NCBI GenBank assembly: GCA_041690135.1 | Contig: JAWLHY010000002.1 | Location: 288,001-352,000 of the forward strand | Direction: 5' to 3' | From: Armatimonadota bacterium | GTDB lineage: Bacteria > Armatimonadota > SYMT01 | DNA length: 64,000 nt | Shown: one piece after another, positions 1 to 10,336 of the stretch | How the letters are laid out: each line of letters opens with the position of its first letter | Numbering within the stretch: the first letter of the stretch is position 1 | Translations under genes and position numbers: made by a program | Notes under the pieces: model-generated | Seen by the model: only the letters and a program-made list of their open reading frames with translations | Told to the model about the DNA's origin: nothing | Databases searched by the model: none

Positions 1-149
1 GCGATCGCCACCACTCCGAACCGGGACCATCCTTCCGGAACCCTCATCTCCTCTGCCTCCCTTGCTGGGGCACGCCAGCCGTGCCCCCCTACTGGTAGGC
101 TGTTTTTCACCGGTGGGGAGAAGTCCTGGGTCGGAGTGGGAGCTCCGGA

Positions 150-863
150 TCAGTCTTCTTCGATCGTGAAGCGGTGCAGAATACCCTGGGGGTTCTGCTG
201 GGCGAGGCTGTCGAGACGAAATGCTTTGACATGGCCGTCGCAGAACAGGATGCAGCAGCGCTCGTTGTGGCGTTCGACCAGTGCCGTGCTGCCCAGGCCG
301 GCGAGGGTTCGCGGACGAGTGCTGGTCAGGACCGGGGTAACGCTCCGGTTCGGCCACTCGATTTCGTGCTGGATGCCGTTTCCGTCCCCTACCAGCAGCG
401 TATCCGCTGGCACCGTCACGGCCGCCAGCGACACGTTGTAGGGCGGGGTGGCGGTGGGGTCCGCCCAGTAGGCGGAGTTCCAGGCATAACTGCCGTAGTT
501 CCGGTCGTCGCGGGACCGATAACGGCCGCCGGGCGGAAACCCCTGACTCGGACAGTTGAAAACCGCCTCGTTCTTCACATACGGCAGGATGGCGTCCATC
601 CACTTGTAATTGATGGCCGCGTTGGACCCGCTGTTGTCCACGCCGAACCAGCTCCGGGGGAGCATCTCGTCGTAGTTCTCCGTGTACATCAGGATCGCGG
701 CCCCGATATGCCGCAGGTTGCTCCGGCAGGTGGTCGCCCGGGCTGCCTCGCGGGTCCGGGCAAAGACCGGGAAGAGGAGCCCGGCGAGAACGGCGATGAT
801 CGCGATCACCACCAGTAACTCGATCAGGGTGAACGCCCGACGCGGATTGACTGAAGAGCCCAT
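150..863 (-). CDS. DUF1559-type prepilin N-terminal cleavage/methylation protein with C-terminal H-X9-DG motif
   Basis: AFTLIELLVVIAIIAVLAGLLFPVF...AREAAR..C.SNL N-terminus; HNERCCILFCDGHVK at C-terminus. Confidence 0.9.
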   Translation of the reverse strand: MGSSVNPRRAFTLIELLVVIAIIAVLAGLLFPVFARTREAARATTCRSNLRHIGAAILMYTENYDEMLPRSWFGVDNSGSNAAINYKWMDAILPYVKNEAVFNCPSQGFPPGGRYRSRDDRNYGSYAWNSAYWADPTATPPYNVSLAAVTVPADTLLVGDGNGIQHEIEWPNRSVTPVLTSTRPRTLAGLGSTALVERHNERCCILFCDGHVKAFRLDSLAQQNPQGILHRFTIEED

Positions 864-954
864 GGCAAGAGTCCTGTCTGCGATGCTTCCGAAGGCCGCC
901 GATCACGCAGCTTCCTGGAAGTAACGCAGCAGAGCGCCGGAAGGGTACGCCAGC

Positions 955-1884
955 CTACTTCAGTCGGCGCTGGAGCCACTCGATCATTCGCGCCTTATAG
1001 CCCTGGAAGCGAGGCTCCTTCTCCCAGTTGATCACGCCGTGGATGCCGTCTTCCACCGTGATCAGGTCGCAGGGGACGCCCGCCTTCCGAAACAGCTCCA
1101 TCCCCAGGGGCGACTGCGCGTAGGGCACGGCCTCGTCTTTGGTGCCGTGGATGAAGAGGAAGGGCGCCGACTTCGCGTGGATGTACCGGTCCGGAGAGGC
1201 CTCTCGGATCCGCGCCACCCCGGGCTCGTCCAGCGCCTCGATCCGGAACACACCCTTCAGCCGCTCGGGCAGCGGGCCGCCCGGCGTGAGGCGGAGAGTC
1301 TCCATCAGGTTGATGGGACCGTAGAACGACACCACGGCCGCCACCTGCGACGGCGGACGGTTGCGCGCGCCGACCAGGTTGACGAGGTGCGCGCCGGCCG
1401 ACTCGCCCATCAAGGCGATCTGCTTCGGCTTGACGCGGTACTCCTTGGCGTTCCGCCGCACGAAGGCGAGCGCTCGTTCCACGTCTTCCACCGCCGCGGT
1501 GTAGGGGAACCGGGGCGCCAGCCGGTAGTCGATGGTGAACCAGGCGAACCCTGTCCGGTCCAGCGGCTCGAACAGGGGCCGGAGGAAGCTCGCGGTCTTG
1601 TCGCCGCCGGTCCAGCCGCCGCCGTGGACCAGGATCACCGCGGGGAAGGGTCCCTTACCGGGGGGAATATGGGCATCGAGCTTGAGCGACACCGGCCCGG
1701 TGGCGAACTCCACGTTTTCGATGACGGTGTAGCCCCCGCCCGTGGCACTCTCCACGGTACCCGTCGGGGCGGCAGTCACCGGCAGTAGCCAGGCGGCGGC
1801 CAGGAGTATCCCAGCCGGCAGCAGCCCCATCACGGTCGGACGGGTGCGCCCGCGAGCGAATGGACGACGCGACATCACGCTCAC
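955..1884 (-). CDS. Secreted alpha/beta hydrolase (HSL/BD-FAE-like esterase)
   Basis: HGGGW oxyanion motif, GESAG nucleophile elbow, HGTKD acid motif, GIHG; N-terminal hydrophobic signal. Confidence 0.85.
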   Translation of the reverse strand: MSVMSRRPFARGRTRPTVMGLLPAGILLAAAWLLPVTAAPTGTVESATGGGYTVIENVEFATGPVSLKLDAHIPPGKGPFPAVILVHGGGWTGGDKTASFLRPLFEPLDRTGFAWFTIDYRLAPRFPYTAAVEDVERALAFVRRNAKEYRVKPKQIALMGESAGAHLVNLVGARNRPPSQVAAVVSFYGPINLMETLRLTPGGPLPERLKGVFRIEALDEPGVARIREASPDRYIHAKSAPFLFIHGTKDEAVPYAQSPLGMELFRKAGVPCDLITVEDGIHGVINWEKEPRFQGYKARMIEWLQRRLK

Positions 1885-1893
1885 TCTCTCAAG

Positions 1894-2739
1894 TTACCGG
1901 CCGAGGCCTGGCAGGTCCGTCCACGATTCTACCTGGTTGACGAGTCGCAGCCACTCCTCCACCTGAGCCAGGTTCTCTTCGCTCTCGATGCGGCGGTGGA
2001 TCGCCGGATCCGGCTCTCCCAGCCGGGGTACACCGACGAGCAGCAGTGCTCGCACCGTTCCGGTCAGTTGACCTTCTTCAAGAATCGCTTGGTAAGTATC
2101 TGACTCTCGCATAGCAGGGATCCCCCTGAACAATTGTGCCACTCTTTCCCGCGGATGACGCAGGCCCATTAAGACGAAGGTATCCGTCCAGAAATCCTTT
2201 CTCTCTTCGGGTGAAGCCTCGGCCACCAGGCGTGTTTCTATCTTACGTAATACCTCGGTAAGCCGCCCGGTAGCCTCATCTGTGATCGGTGCCAAAGGCA
2301 GTGTAGCCAATGACCCGGACAGGACGTCGTCCAACCGCAGAGACCAGGCACGCAGCACATGATACTGAAGCATGTGCACATGCCCGCTCTCAGGGACTAC
2401 GACGCGATACTCGCCAGTGAGGCTGGAGTGGTCCGCTTCCGGGCGCAAGACGACCAGCACGGAGTCCACCGGCAGCGCATGGCGCCGGTGGTGGATGCCG
2501 TTGTAGTTCATGGCTCGGGCCAGGATGCTCGGGTCCCAGGATGCGAACGCCTCGAAGTGGACGACAAACGGGTCTGCGCGCTCCAGCAACACGACTTTAT
2601 CGGCTGCGCCGGAGACGGTGGAGATATCGGCATCCACCAGGGTCGGGCGTCCCGCAATCGGTCCCAGGGCGAGACGAACCCAACCCGCCGGATCTCGTTC
2701 CAGCAGGTCTTTGAAGACCGAGTCGAACGGCTTGGACAA
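1894..2739 (-). CDS. Rpn/putative-transposase-like PD-(D/E)XK family protein
   Basis: KPFDSVFKDL start, AD.V...VHFE motif, LPLAP, MRESDTYQAILEEG C-terminal motif; TTG start; locally lower GC. Confidence 0.65.
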   Translation of the reverse strand: MSKPFDSVFKDLLERDPAGWVRLALGPIAGRPTLVDADISTVSGAADKVVLLERADPFVVHFEAFASWDPSILARAMNYNGIHHRRHALPVDSVLVVLRPEADHSSLTGEYRVVVPESGHVHMLQYHVLRAWSLRLDDVLSGSLATLPLAPITDEATGRLTEVLRKIETRLVAEASPEERKDFWTDTFVLMGLRHPRERVAQLFRGIPAMRESDTYQAILEEGQLTGTVRALLLVGVPRLGEPDPAIHRRIESEENLAQVEEWLRLVNQVESWTDLPGLGR

Positions 2740-2752
2740 CCTGGATTCTCCG

Positions 2753-4102
2753 CTACACCAGCCCGGTGAGGGTTCCTCTGGCGTCCTGGAACTTTTCGGT
2801 TTCCACGCCCATCTTCTGGATCACCGTGAGGAGCACGTTGGAGAGCGGTGGGTGTTTTTCGGGGTCGTGGGCGAGGTGCCGGCCGTGCTTCAGACCCCAG
2901 GCGGCGCCTCCCGCTACCAGCAGCGGCAGGTTCCGGGGGGAGTGGTCCCCGCGCTCGCCGCTGTTCATCCCGGAGCCGTACACGACCATGGTGTGGTCCA
3001 GCATGGTGCGGCCGCCCTCTTCCGTGGACCGCAGGAACGTCAGGAACCGGGCCAGGCGCTCGATGTGGAAGCGGTCGATGGCGGCGAGCTTCCGGAGCAT
3101 GCCGGCGTCTCCGCCGTGGTGGGAGAGCTCATGGTGGTTCTCACCGCCCCCGCCGAAGCCGCCCGCTTCGCGGGACCACTCGAAGGTGATGACTCGGGTG
3201 GTATCGGTGAGGAAGGCGAGGTAGGAAAGCTCCAGCATTACGTCCAGCCACATGGGGCGGTCGTGAGCGTTGCCGGGCTGGCTGTTCAACTGGAGGCCGG
3301 CGGCGGAGACCTTCGGCTTCGGGACGTCGATCCACGCGACCTGCCGCTGCACCCGCAGCTCCGTCTCGCGCACGGAGGCGAGGTATTCCGCCAGCTTCGC
3401 CTGATCCGCTTTGCCGAGCTTGTTCTCCAGCGCTTTCGCCTCCGCCAGCACGTCGTCCAGGATGCTCCGCTTCTCGGCGTAGCGCCGGAGGGCGGCCTCG
3501 CGGGAAGCGGCGTCGTCCGGGACGAACAGCCGCTCGAACAGGCGCTGCGGGTTGTTCTCGCAGGGCAGCGGAGTGCCGTTCCGGTCGAAGGCGAGGGTGT
3601 GGCTGTGGAGTGCGCTGCCGGTGCCGGACATGTCGCCCAGCTCCAGCGAGGGGAAGCGGGTCTGCGCGCCGACCTTGTCCGCGATCACCTGGTCGGCGGA
3701 GATGGTGTTGGTGTAGTCCTTGCCGGGCACCGCGCGCAGGTTGGCGCCGGTGAGCCAGGTGTCCGCGCCGGAGTGGCCGCCGGTCGCGTTCGGGTGCCCG
3801 AGCCCGCTCAGCACGCTGAAGGCGGCCCGGTATGGGGTGAGAGGCTGCAGGGTGGGGGAGAGCGCGTAGCCCGCCCCCTGCGCGGCCGGCACCCACTCCT
3901 TGATGTTCACGCCGTTCGGCACGTAGCAGAAGATGACGCGCGGCACGGGCTTCGCGCCGGACTTCGCCAGCGGCTTGAAGGTCGAGGGCGCCCCGTAGGT
4001 GGCGGGCGGCAGCATCGCCTCCAGGAGCGGCAGCGCGAGCGCCGCGCCGGCGCCGCGGAGCATGGTGCGCCGGGAGAGGGGCCGGCAGTTGATCCGATGC
4101 AT
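2753..4102 (-). CDS. DUF1552 domain protein
   Basis: SRRTMLRGAGAALALPLLEAM Tat-like leader, YVPNG, TRFPSLEL, H.LSHH; ATG at 4102 with AAGGAG RBS; downstream of DUF1592 gene. Confidence 0.9.
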   Translation of the reverse strand: MHRINCRPLSRRTMLRGAGAALALPLLEAMLPPATYGAPSTFKPLAKSGAKPVPRVIFCYVPNGVNIKEWVPAAQGAGYALSPTLQPLTPYRAAFSVLSGLGHPNATGGHSGADTWLTGANLRAVPGKDYTNTISADQVIADKVGAQTRFPSLELGDMSGTGSALHSHTLAFDRNGTPLPCENNPQRLFERLFVPDDAASREAALRRYAEKRSILDDVLAEAKALENKLGKADQAKLAEYLASVRETELRVQRQVAWIDVPKPKVSAAGLQLNSQPGNAHDRPMWLDVMLELSYLAFLTDTTRVITFEWSREAGGFGGGGENHHELSHHGGDAGMLRKLAAIDRFHIERLARFLTFLRSTEEGGRTMLDHTMVVYGSGMNSGERGDHSPRNLPLLVAGGAAWGLKHGRHLAHDPEKHPPLSNVLLTVIQKMGVETEKFQDARGTLTGLV

Positions 4103-4115
4103 GTCCGGGATCTCC

Positions 4116-6833
4116 TTACTGGGTCGTGAACGGCTCCGAGGTGACGATGGCGGCAATCAGGGACCGGAGCGTGTAGCGGCTGCGCTTCATCCGGTCGACG
4201 TAACCACGGACCGCCGGCCGGTCGGAGAAGCCGAGCTCCCGTCCCAGGGCGTAGGTGGTGAGCTGCGAGGCCAGCGTGTCCAGGAAGCGGTCTTCCTGCT
4301 TCAGGAGCTGGGCCTGAAGCCCTTCGACCCCCTGGATCACCGTGCCGTCCGGCATCTTCGCGGAGGCGTCGATCAGCGGGTCGTTGGCCTCGATGCGCCC
4401 CTGGTAGCCGTGACCCTCGCGGTCGCGCCATTCCCCGGCCGCGTTGAAGTTCTCCAGCGCGAAGCCGAGCGGGTCGATCTTGTCGTGGCACCGCGCGCAG
4501 GCCGGGGCTTCGCGGTGGATCTGCAGGCGCTGGCGGACCGTCGCCTTATCGATCCCCGGCACCTTCGCCGCGATCTCGCCCACGTTCGCCACCGGCAGGC
4601 CGGGGTCGCTTCCCAGCAGCGTCCGCAGGATCCACACGCCGCGGGTCACGGGAGAGGTCCGCGTGCCGTTGGAGGTGATGCTGTGGATGGAAGCCTGGGT
4701 CACCAGCCCGCCGCGGTGCGAGCCGGGCGGCGCGGGCACCCGGCGGATGGCATCGCCCTTCACTCCGGGAATACCGTAGAAGCGGGCCAGGCGCTCGTTG
4801 ATGGTGACGAAGTCGCTCTTGATCAGGCTGCGCGCGTTGAGGTCGTGGCGCAGGATCTCGGCGAAGAAACCTTCCGTCTCCCGCACTATCGAAATCTCCA
4901 GGTGGCGGTCGTACTCCGGGTAGAGGTTCTTCGCGGGCGGGTTCGCCCCCACCTTCCGCAGCCCGAGCCACTGCCCGGCGAAGTTCTTCACGAACGCCTC
5001 GCTCTTGGGGTCGGCGAGCATGCGGTCCACCTGCTGCGCCAGCACGGCCGGTTTTGCCAGGTCTCCGCTCGCGGCAAGGCGGAAGAGGGTGTCGTCCGGC
5101 ATCGACGACCAGAGGAAGTAGGAGAGGCGAGAGGCTAGCTCATACGGGTTCAGCCGGCGGGGCTTCGCAGCGGGCGGCTCCGGCTCCACCAGGAACAGGA
5201 AGTGGGGCGAGGCGAGCACCGCCGCCAGGGGAGTTTTGATTGCCTCCACGAACGAGGGCTTCATGGAGCGGACGCGGGTGAAGAGGGCGACCTTCGCCTC
5301 CACCTCGGCGGGTTGCACGGGGCGCCGGTAGGCCCGGGTCATGAACTGTGTGAGAACCGCCCGGGCGCGGGCGGTCTCGTCCTTTGCGGTCGCCGGCGCT
5401 TCCCCCAGCACCTTCCGGTGGCTGGCGGGCGGCCAGGCGGGATGGATCGGGCCCTCCAGTTCCAGCCAGTCGACCAGCAGGGCGGGGCGCGCGAAGGCAT
5501 CGTGGCCCTGCATCCAGAAGTTCTCCAGGACCCGCGGCACCTCGTAGGCGTAATCGAACTCCAGCCCCGCCTTCAGGGGCGTAAACCGCGCGCGGATCTC
5601 GTAGACCTTCGGTGCGTTCTCCGGGGCGTCGATGTCCATCTCCGCGATGACCCGGGGGGCACTGCCGAGGTGCTGGGTCACCTTCACCCGCGGCGGACCG
5701 TAGTCGTACATCCGGTGCGTGGCGAAGTGCTGGAGGTCTCGCTCGAACTGGCGCTCGTGGTAGACCTTACCGGCCGGGTTCTCCGCCAGTTGCTTCTCCA
5801 GCCGCTGGGTCAGGATCCGGCGGGCCGAGGCCACCACGTCGGCGCGTCCCGGCACCCGGCCGGCGGCGCGAAACCGGACGATGTACTCCCCTTCCACGGG
5901 CACGCGGAAGTCGCGGAACCCGATCCCCTTGTCCCACGACTCGTGGTGGACCACCGTAAAGCCGTTCTCGGTGGGGTTGTTGCCGTCGTTGAGCAGGATG
6001 TTGTGCCCATCCCGCCGCACCCGCAGGCGGTCCATCCCCATCGTGTTCTCTTCCGGCTCGAAGTGCCACTTGAAGCCCGCGGGTTGGGGCCCCTCCACCA
6101 GGGCGCGGTCCAGGATCTTCCGCGCGGCCGCGTAGTACAACTCCAGTTGGAGCGGGGAGAGGGTGAGCGCCTGGCCGATGTTGTCGAACCCGCCGGCCGG
6201 GGGATCCTCGGGAAAATCGTCTGCCGGTTGGAAGTCGACGCCCACCAGGTCCCGGATCGTGTGGTTGTACTCCGCCCGGTTGAGGCGGCGCAGCACCACC
6301 CGGGTCGAGCGCTTCGCGATTTCTGCCCGCGCCAGCTCCGCCCGCACCCGCTCCACGAAGGTGCCCGCCGCCTCCGCGGAAGGCTGCTTCTCACCGGTGG
6401 GCGGCATCTGCCCGTTGTTGACCGCCGCGACGACCTCCGCCCACTTCGCGTGGATGCCGGGGTCGGCGAAATCCGCCGCCAGGGTATCGAGCCGCAGCTT
6501 GGCAAATTGCTTTTCCGGCCCGTGGCACCGGATGCAGTGCTCCTTCAGGAACGGTTGCACCGACGGTGTAAACGTGGCGGTGCTGACCGCCGCGGACTTG
6601 ACCGGTGTGTTGGACTTCCCTGTCGCTGGCGGCTTCTGGGCCGCGGTTGCCTTCTTCGGCGCCTGGTACATGGCGCAGGCCGGCAGCACTGCCAGCAAAA
6701 AAGCGCCCACAGCCAGCACCCCGCCGGGGGACCTACCGTGCCTCGGAGAGTCGCGCCGGGCCTGAAAGGGAAGCTCGTTCCGAAGATCCGAACGTCGTGG
6801 GAAGGTTTGCTGCGGTCGGTTTGAAAGAGGCAT
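4116..6833 (-). CDS. DUF1592/DUF1588/DUF1587/DUF1585/DUF1595 protein with planctomycete-type cytochrome c domain
   Basis: CIRCH and CARCH heme motifs, LRRLNRAEYNHTIRDL, YELASRLSYFLWSSMPD, TSPVTRG; start uncertain (6833 chosen). Confidence 0.88.
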   Translation of the reverse strand: MPLSNRPQQTFPRRSDLRNELPFQARRDSPRHGRSPGGVLAVGAFLLAVLPACAMYQAPKKATAAQKPPATGKSNTPVKSAAVSTATFTPSVQPFLKEHCIRCHGPEKQFAKLRLDTLAADFADPGIHAKWAEVVAAVNNGQMPPTGEKQPSAEAAGTFVERVRAELARAEIAKRSTRVVLRRLNRAEYNHTIRDLVGVDFQPADDFPEDPPAGGFDNIGQALTLSPLQLELYYAAARKILDRALVEGPQPAGFKWHFEPEENTMGMDRLRVRRDGHNILLNDGNNPTENGFTVVHHESWDKGIGFRDFRVPVEGEYIVRFRAAGRVPGRADVVASARRILTQRLEKQLAENPAGKVYHERQFERDLQHFATHRMYDYGPPRVKVTQHLGSAPRVIAEMDIDAPENAPKVYEIRARFTPLKAGLEFDYAYEVPRVLENFWMQGHDAFARPALLVDWLELEGPIHPAWPPASHRKVLGEAPATAKDETARARAVLTQFMTRAYRRPVQPAEVEAKVALFTRVRSMKPSFVEAIKTPLAAVLASPHFLFLVEPEPPAAKPRRLNPYELASRLSYFLWSSMPDDTLFRLAASGDLAKPAVLAQQVDRMLADPKSEAFVKNFAGQWLGLRKVGANPPAKNLYPEYDRHLEISIVRETEGFFAEILRHDLNARSLIKSDFVTINERLARFYGIPGVKGDAIRRVPAPPGSHRGGLVTQASIHSITSNGTRTSPVTRGVWILRTLLGSDPGLPVANVGEIAAKVPGIDKATVRQRLQIHREAPACARCHDKIDPLGFALENFNAAGEWRDREGHGYQGRIEANDPLIDASAKMPDGTVIQGVEGLQAQLLKQEDRFLDTLASQLTTYALGRELGFSDRPAVRGYVDRMKRSRYTLRSLIAAIVTSEPFTTQ

Positions 6834-7050
6834 CGATGCGGGTCGGTTCCGGTGAGACCGGCGCGGAACCGCTTTCTCCACGCCCAACGACCCGGACGAG
6901 CCCGTCCCTGGCAACCTCGGAACCTGTCTCACAAGCGACTTTCTACGGGCGGGGGAGGGGGTCCTCCCTACAAGACATTGCCACCGGGCTGCGGTATAAG
7001 TATTGTCCGGTGTGATCCTCGGCACTCTCAACGGCAGACATCCCCTTCTC

Positions 7051-9015
7051 ATGGTCGAAGAACGCGTCCTGGTGATGGCCCCAGAAGGGGACGTGGAGTT
7101 GTGCCGGACCCTGCTCGCCCCGACGGGCGCGACCGTGGAGTGGTGCGAGGATCTGCCGCACTTATGCCGGCTGCTACAGGCGCCGGTAGGTGTTGTGGTG
7201 CTCGGTGAGGCAGCCCTGGCATCTCCGGAGATCGATACGTTGGTGGCGATCCTGGAGAGCCAGCCCGCCTGGTCGGAGTTGCCGGTACTGGTGCTGGCGG
7301 ACGAGGTTTCGCCGGCGGTCGGTGAAGTTTCCTACCCGGTGGAGCGCCTGGGGAACGTCACCTGGATCGAGCGTCCCCTGCGCCCTTCCACGCTCGGTAC
7401 CGCCTTACGGGTTGCCCTCCGGTCCCGGCGCCGTCAGTACCAGATCCGGGCGCACCTCTCGGAACGCGCAGCCGCCGAACGGGCCCTGCGCGAGAGCGAG
7501 GAGCGGTTCCGGATTGCACTGGAAGCCGGGCGCCTGGGCTCCTGGCAGCACGACCTCCGCACCGATGAGCTCACTGCTTCGGATCTTCTCCGGGCTCACT
7601 TCGGGCGTGCGCCGGGCGCGCCGCTGACACACGACGAGGTCCTCGCCGCCGTGCATCCGGAGGACCGCGAGTGTGCGAAGGAGACCATTCGCCAGGCGAT
7701 CCGGGCAGGTGAACCCTACGTACTGGAGTACCGCGTGGTCTGGCCCGACGGTTCGGTCCACTGGCTCATGGTTCGTGGGCGCGCCAGTTACACGGATGTG
7801 GGAGTGCCGATAACCACCTTCGGCGTGACCCTCGACGTTACCGAACGAAAGGACGCCGAGACACGGCGGGTGGAAGTGGAGGAGCGGTTACGCCAGGATG
7901 CCCGCAGCAAGGATGAGTTCCTTGCGATGCTGGCTCACGAGCTGCGCAACCCCCTCGCCCCATTGGCGAACGCCATCGAGATCATGCGGGCGCGTCCCGG
8001 ACGCGAGAAGGGAGAGCGAGCCCGGCACTTGGCGGAGCGCCAGTTGCGCCATCTCCGGCGCCTGGTGGACGATCTCCTGGATGTTTCCCGGATCAACAGC
8101 GGAAAGATCACGCTCAAGCGGCAGCGGGTGGACCTGGTGGTGGCCGTGGAGAACGCGCTGGAAGCGGCCGGTGTCTTCATCGAGGAGTCCGGGCATCAGC
8201 TCGAGGCTTCGCTCCCTCCGGAACCCGTCTATGCGGACGTGGATCCGGTACGCCTGGAGCAGGTGGTGAGCAATCTCCTCCACAACGCAGCCAAGTACAC
8301 GGAGCGCGGCGGGCGCATCCGGGTGGCGTTGGAAGTGGCCGGCGATACCTCTCGCCTCCGGGTCCAGGATACCGGCATCGGGATCTCGCCCGAGCTGCTG
8401 AGCCGCGTGTTCGAACTCTTCATCCAGGGGGAGCGCGGGCTCGATCGCTCCCAGGGTGGGCTGGGGCTGGGGCTGACGCTGGTCCGCAATCTCGTGCATC
8501 TCCATGGGGGCACAGTGGAGGCCTACAGCGAGGGCAGTGGCCGGGGCAGTGAGTTCGTGGTGACGCTCCCGTTGGCGGCCACGCTGGAAAACCTGCCCCC
8601 CTCGAACCTACCCCCCACTCCCTCCGTAGCTCGGGACCAGTACGGCAACAGCTCCCTGCGGCTCCTCGTGGTGGACGACAACCGCGATTCCGCCGACACC
8701 CTCTCGGAGTTGGCGCAGCTTTGGGGCTACGAGGTGGAAACCGCCTACGACGGCCCTACTGCCCTGGAACGGGCGGGGGAGTGGGTGCCGGATTTTCTGC
8801 TTCTGGACATCGGGATGCCCGGCCTGGATGGCTACGAGTTGGCGCGCCGGCTGCGGCAGGATCCGCGCTTCACCCAGGTCATGTTGGTGGCCCTCACCGG
8901 CTACGGTCGCGAAGAAGACGTGGCCCGGTCCCGGGCCGCCGGTTTCGACCACCATCTCGTCAAGCCGGTAGACGTTGAAGAGCTGGAAAGGCTGCTCCGT
9001 GGAAGAGAGGGCTGA
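7051..9015 (+). CDS. Hybrid sensor histidine kinase (PAS, HisKA, HATPase, receiver)
   Basis: FLAMLAHELRNPL H-box, NLLHNAAKYT, DTGIGI, GLGLGL, receiver VVDD...DIGMP...KP. Confidence 0.93.
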   Translation: MVEERVLVMAPEGDVELCRTLLAPTGATVEWCEDLPHLCRLLQAPVGVVVLGEAALASPEIDTLVAILESQPAWSELPVLVLADEVSPAVGEVSYPVERLGNVTWIERPLRPSTLGTALRVALRSRRRQYQIRAHLSERAAAERALRESEERFRIALEAGRLGSWQHDLRTDELTASDLLRAHFGRAPGAPLTHDEVLAAVHPEDRECAKETIRQAIRAGEPYVLEYRVVWPDGSVHWLMVRGRASYTDVGVPITTFGVTLDVTERKDAETRRVEVEERLRQDARSKDEFLAMLAHELRNPLAPLANAIEIMRARPGREKGERARHLAERQLRHLRRLVDDLLDVSRINSGKITLKRQRVDLVVAVENALEAAGVFIEESGHQLEASLPPEPVYADVDPVRLEQVVSNLLHNAAKYTERGGRIRVALEVAGDTSRLRVQDTGIGISPELLSRVFELFIQGERGLDRSQGGLGLGLTLVRNLVHLHGGTVEAYSEGSGRGSEFVVTLPLAATLENLPPSNLPPTPSVARDQYGNSSLRLLVVDDNRDSADTLSELAQLWGYEVETAYDGPTALERAGEWVPDFLLLDIGMPGLDGYELARRLRQDPRFTQVMLVALTGYGREEDVARSRAAGFDHHLVKPVDVEELERLLRGREG

Positions 9016-9089
9016 ACCGGGGAATCTTCCCCATCGCGCAGCACCCTTTCGCCTCTTGCGCGCGGTGAGTGGCGAATAGGTGAGCCGCC

Positions 9090-9251
9090 TTACCTTGGAG
9101 GGCGGCACCGTTCCCTCGCTCCACTCCTCCAGCAGGCCTCGACCAGGGAAGTGAGAAGCGTGCCGAGCAAGGTGAACAGGAGCGAGAACGCCTCGAAAAT
9201 CGCGAGGAAGAGATAGACGCACAGCTCTGCCAGCAGGAGCAGCAGTTCCAC
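9090..9251 (-). CDS. Putative 53-aa hydrophobic small protein (below the ORF track cutoff)
   Basis: GTG at 9251 after GGGAGAAG; MELLLLLAELCVYLFLAIFEAFSLLFTLLGTLLTSLVEACWRSGARERCRPPR*; GC-rich third codon positions. Confidence 0.4.
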   Translation of the reverse strand: MELLLLLAELCVYLFLAIFEAFSLLFTLLGTLLTSLVEACWRSGARERCRPPR

Positions 9252-9312
9252 GAAGTCTTCTCCCGTAGCCGGAAGGGAAGGCTCTCCGCACCGGCCGGCA
9301 GCCCCGGTCGGG

Positions 9313-9792
9313 TTACTTGATGCGGATCTCGCCGATGCGGGTCCCTTCGGGCAAGTTCTTCACCTGTTGGTGGACCTGCCCCAGCACGGAAAAGTGCACC
9401 TGGATATCCGTGGGCACTAGGTTGTCGCCCGAGTACTCCCCGCCGAGCGCGGGCGGGTGCTGGAAGCTGTAGATCTGACCGGGCGCCAGTGTTTTCCCGG
9501 AGGCACGCAAGTTCAGGATCAGTGACGGCACGAAGGAATCCATCACGAATTCCCGGTCGCCCAGCAGCGCTCGGAACTCGTCCACGGAGTCGGCGACTTT
9601 CTCCAGCGCACCGCCGCCCACGTCCAGCAGGTGAACGGTTCCGTCCTCCGTATCCTGGAGGTAGGCGTCACCCAGGGCCGAAAGCAGGATCGGCTGTTTT
9701 GCGGAACCGATGAGCCAGTGCCAATCGGTAAGGAGCGCTTCCCGGTCGAGATGCTGGAAGTTGACCGTGAGGTCGTTCATGGTGATCGGCAT
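9313..9792 (-). CDS. DUF1851/Tdi1-like toxin-immunity protein
   Basis: WHWL...LSALGD.YL, L.PGQIYSF.HPPALGGEY..DNL motif; ATG 9792 preferred. Confidence 0.7.
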   Translation of the reverse strand: MPITMNDLTVNFQHLDREALLTDWHWLIGSAKQPILLSALGDAYLQDTEDGTVHLLDVGGGALEKVADSVDEFRALLGDREFVMDSFVPSLILNLRASGKTLAPGQIYSFQHPPALGGEYSGDNLVPTDIQVHFSVLGQVHQQVKNLPEGTRIGEIRIK

Positions 9793-9989
9793 GGAAAGCC
9801 TCCTTCTGTGCCGGCTGCGACCGGCCATCGTTCGCCGCAGCGGGCAACTCCCCGCATGGTAGTGAACGATCATTCCATCTTTCGGCCCGGCGACGGGGAA
9901 CTCCTCTCTCGGCAAACCTCCTCCGGGGGAGTGGCTGACGCTGGACGCCGGTGTCACTTACCACCCGTGCCTTCAGAGTACAGCCTGCC

Positions 9990-10149
9990 TGGGGATCACC
10001 GCGACCACCAACGGACGCGCCGACCTCATAGCGAAATGGCCAATGTCGTATTCGCGGACGGGCACGTGAAGGCCGTCAAGCGGGACTCCCTCACTGCCGT
10101 CAACCAGGGGAACAATCTCCTCCCGTGGGGTTACACCATCGTCCCCTAG
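9990..10149 (+). pseudogene. 3' remnant of a DUF1559/H-X9-DG gene
   Basis: HSEMANVVFADGHVKAVKRDSL...YTIVP* resembles the C-terminus of 150..863; no pilin N-terminus upstream. Confidence 0.6.
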
Positions 10150-10336
10150 GAAACGGATCCCCTTTCGGACAATCATCGCCAACTGCCCGTCACCTTCGCA
10201 AGGAGTGACGGGCTTCTTCATGGGCTAACCTCTACCTGGCGACTCACCGCACTGGCTCCCGACCCTCGCGGCGGTCCCCGAGCGGAATGACCAGCACCCG
10301 CAAGGCCGGCTGCTCACGGTAGAGGACTCGCGACTC

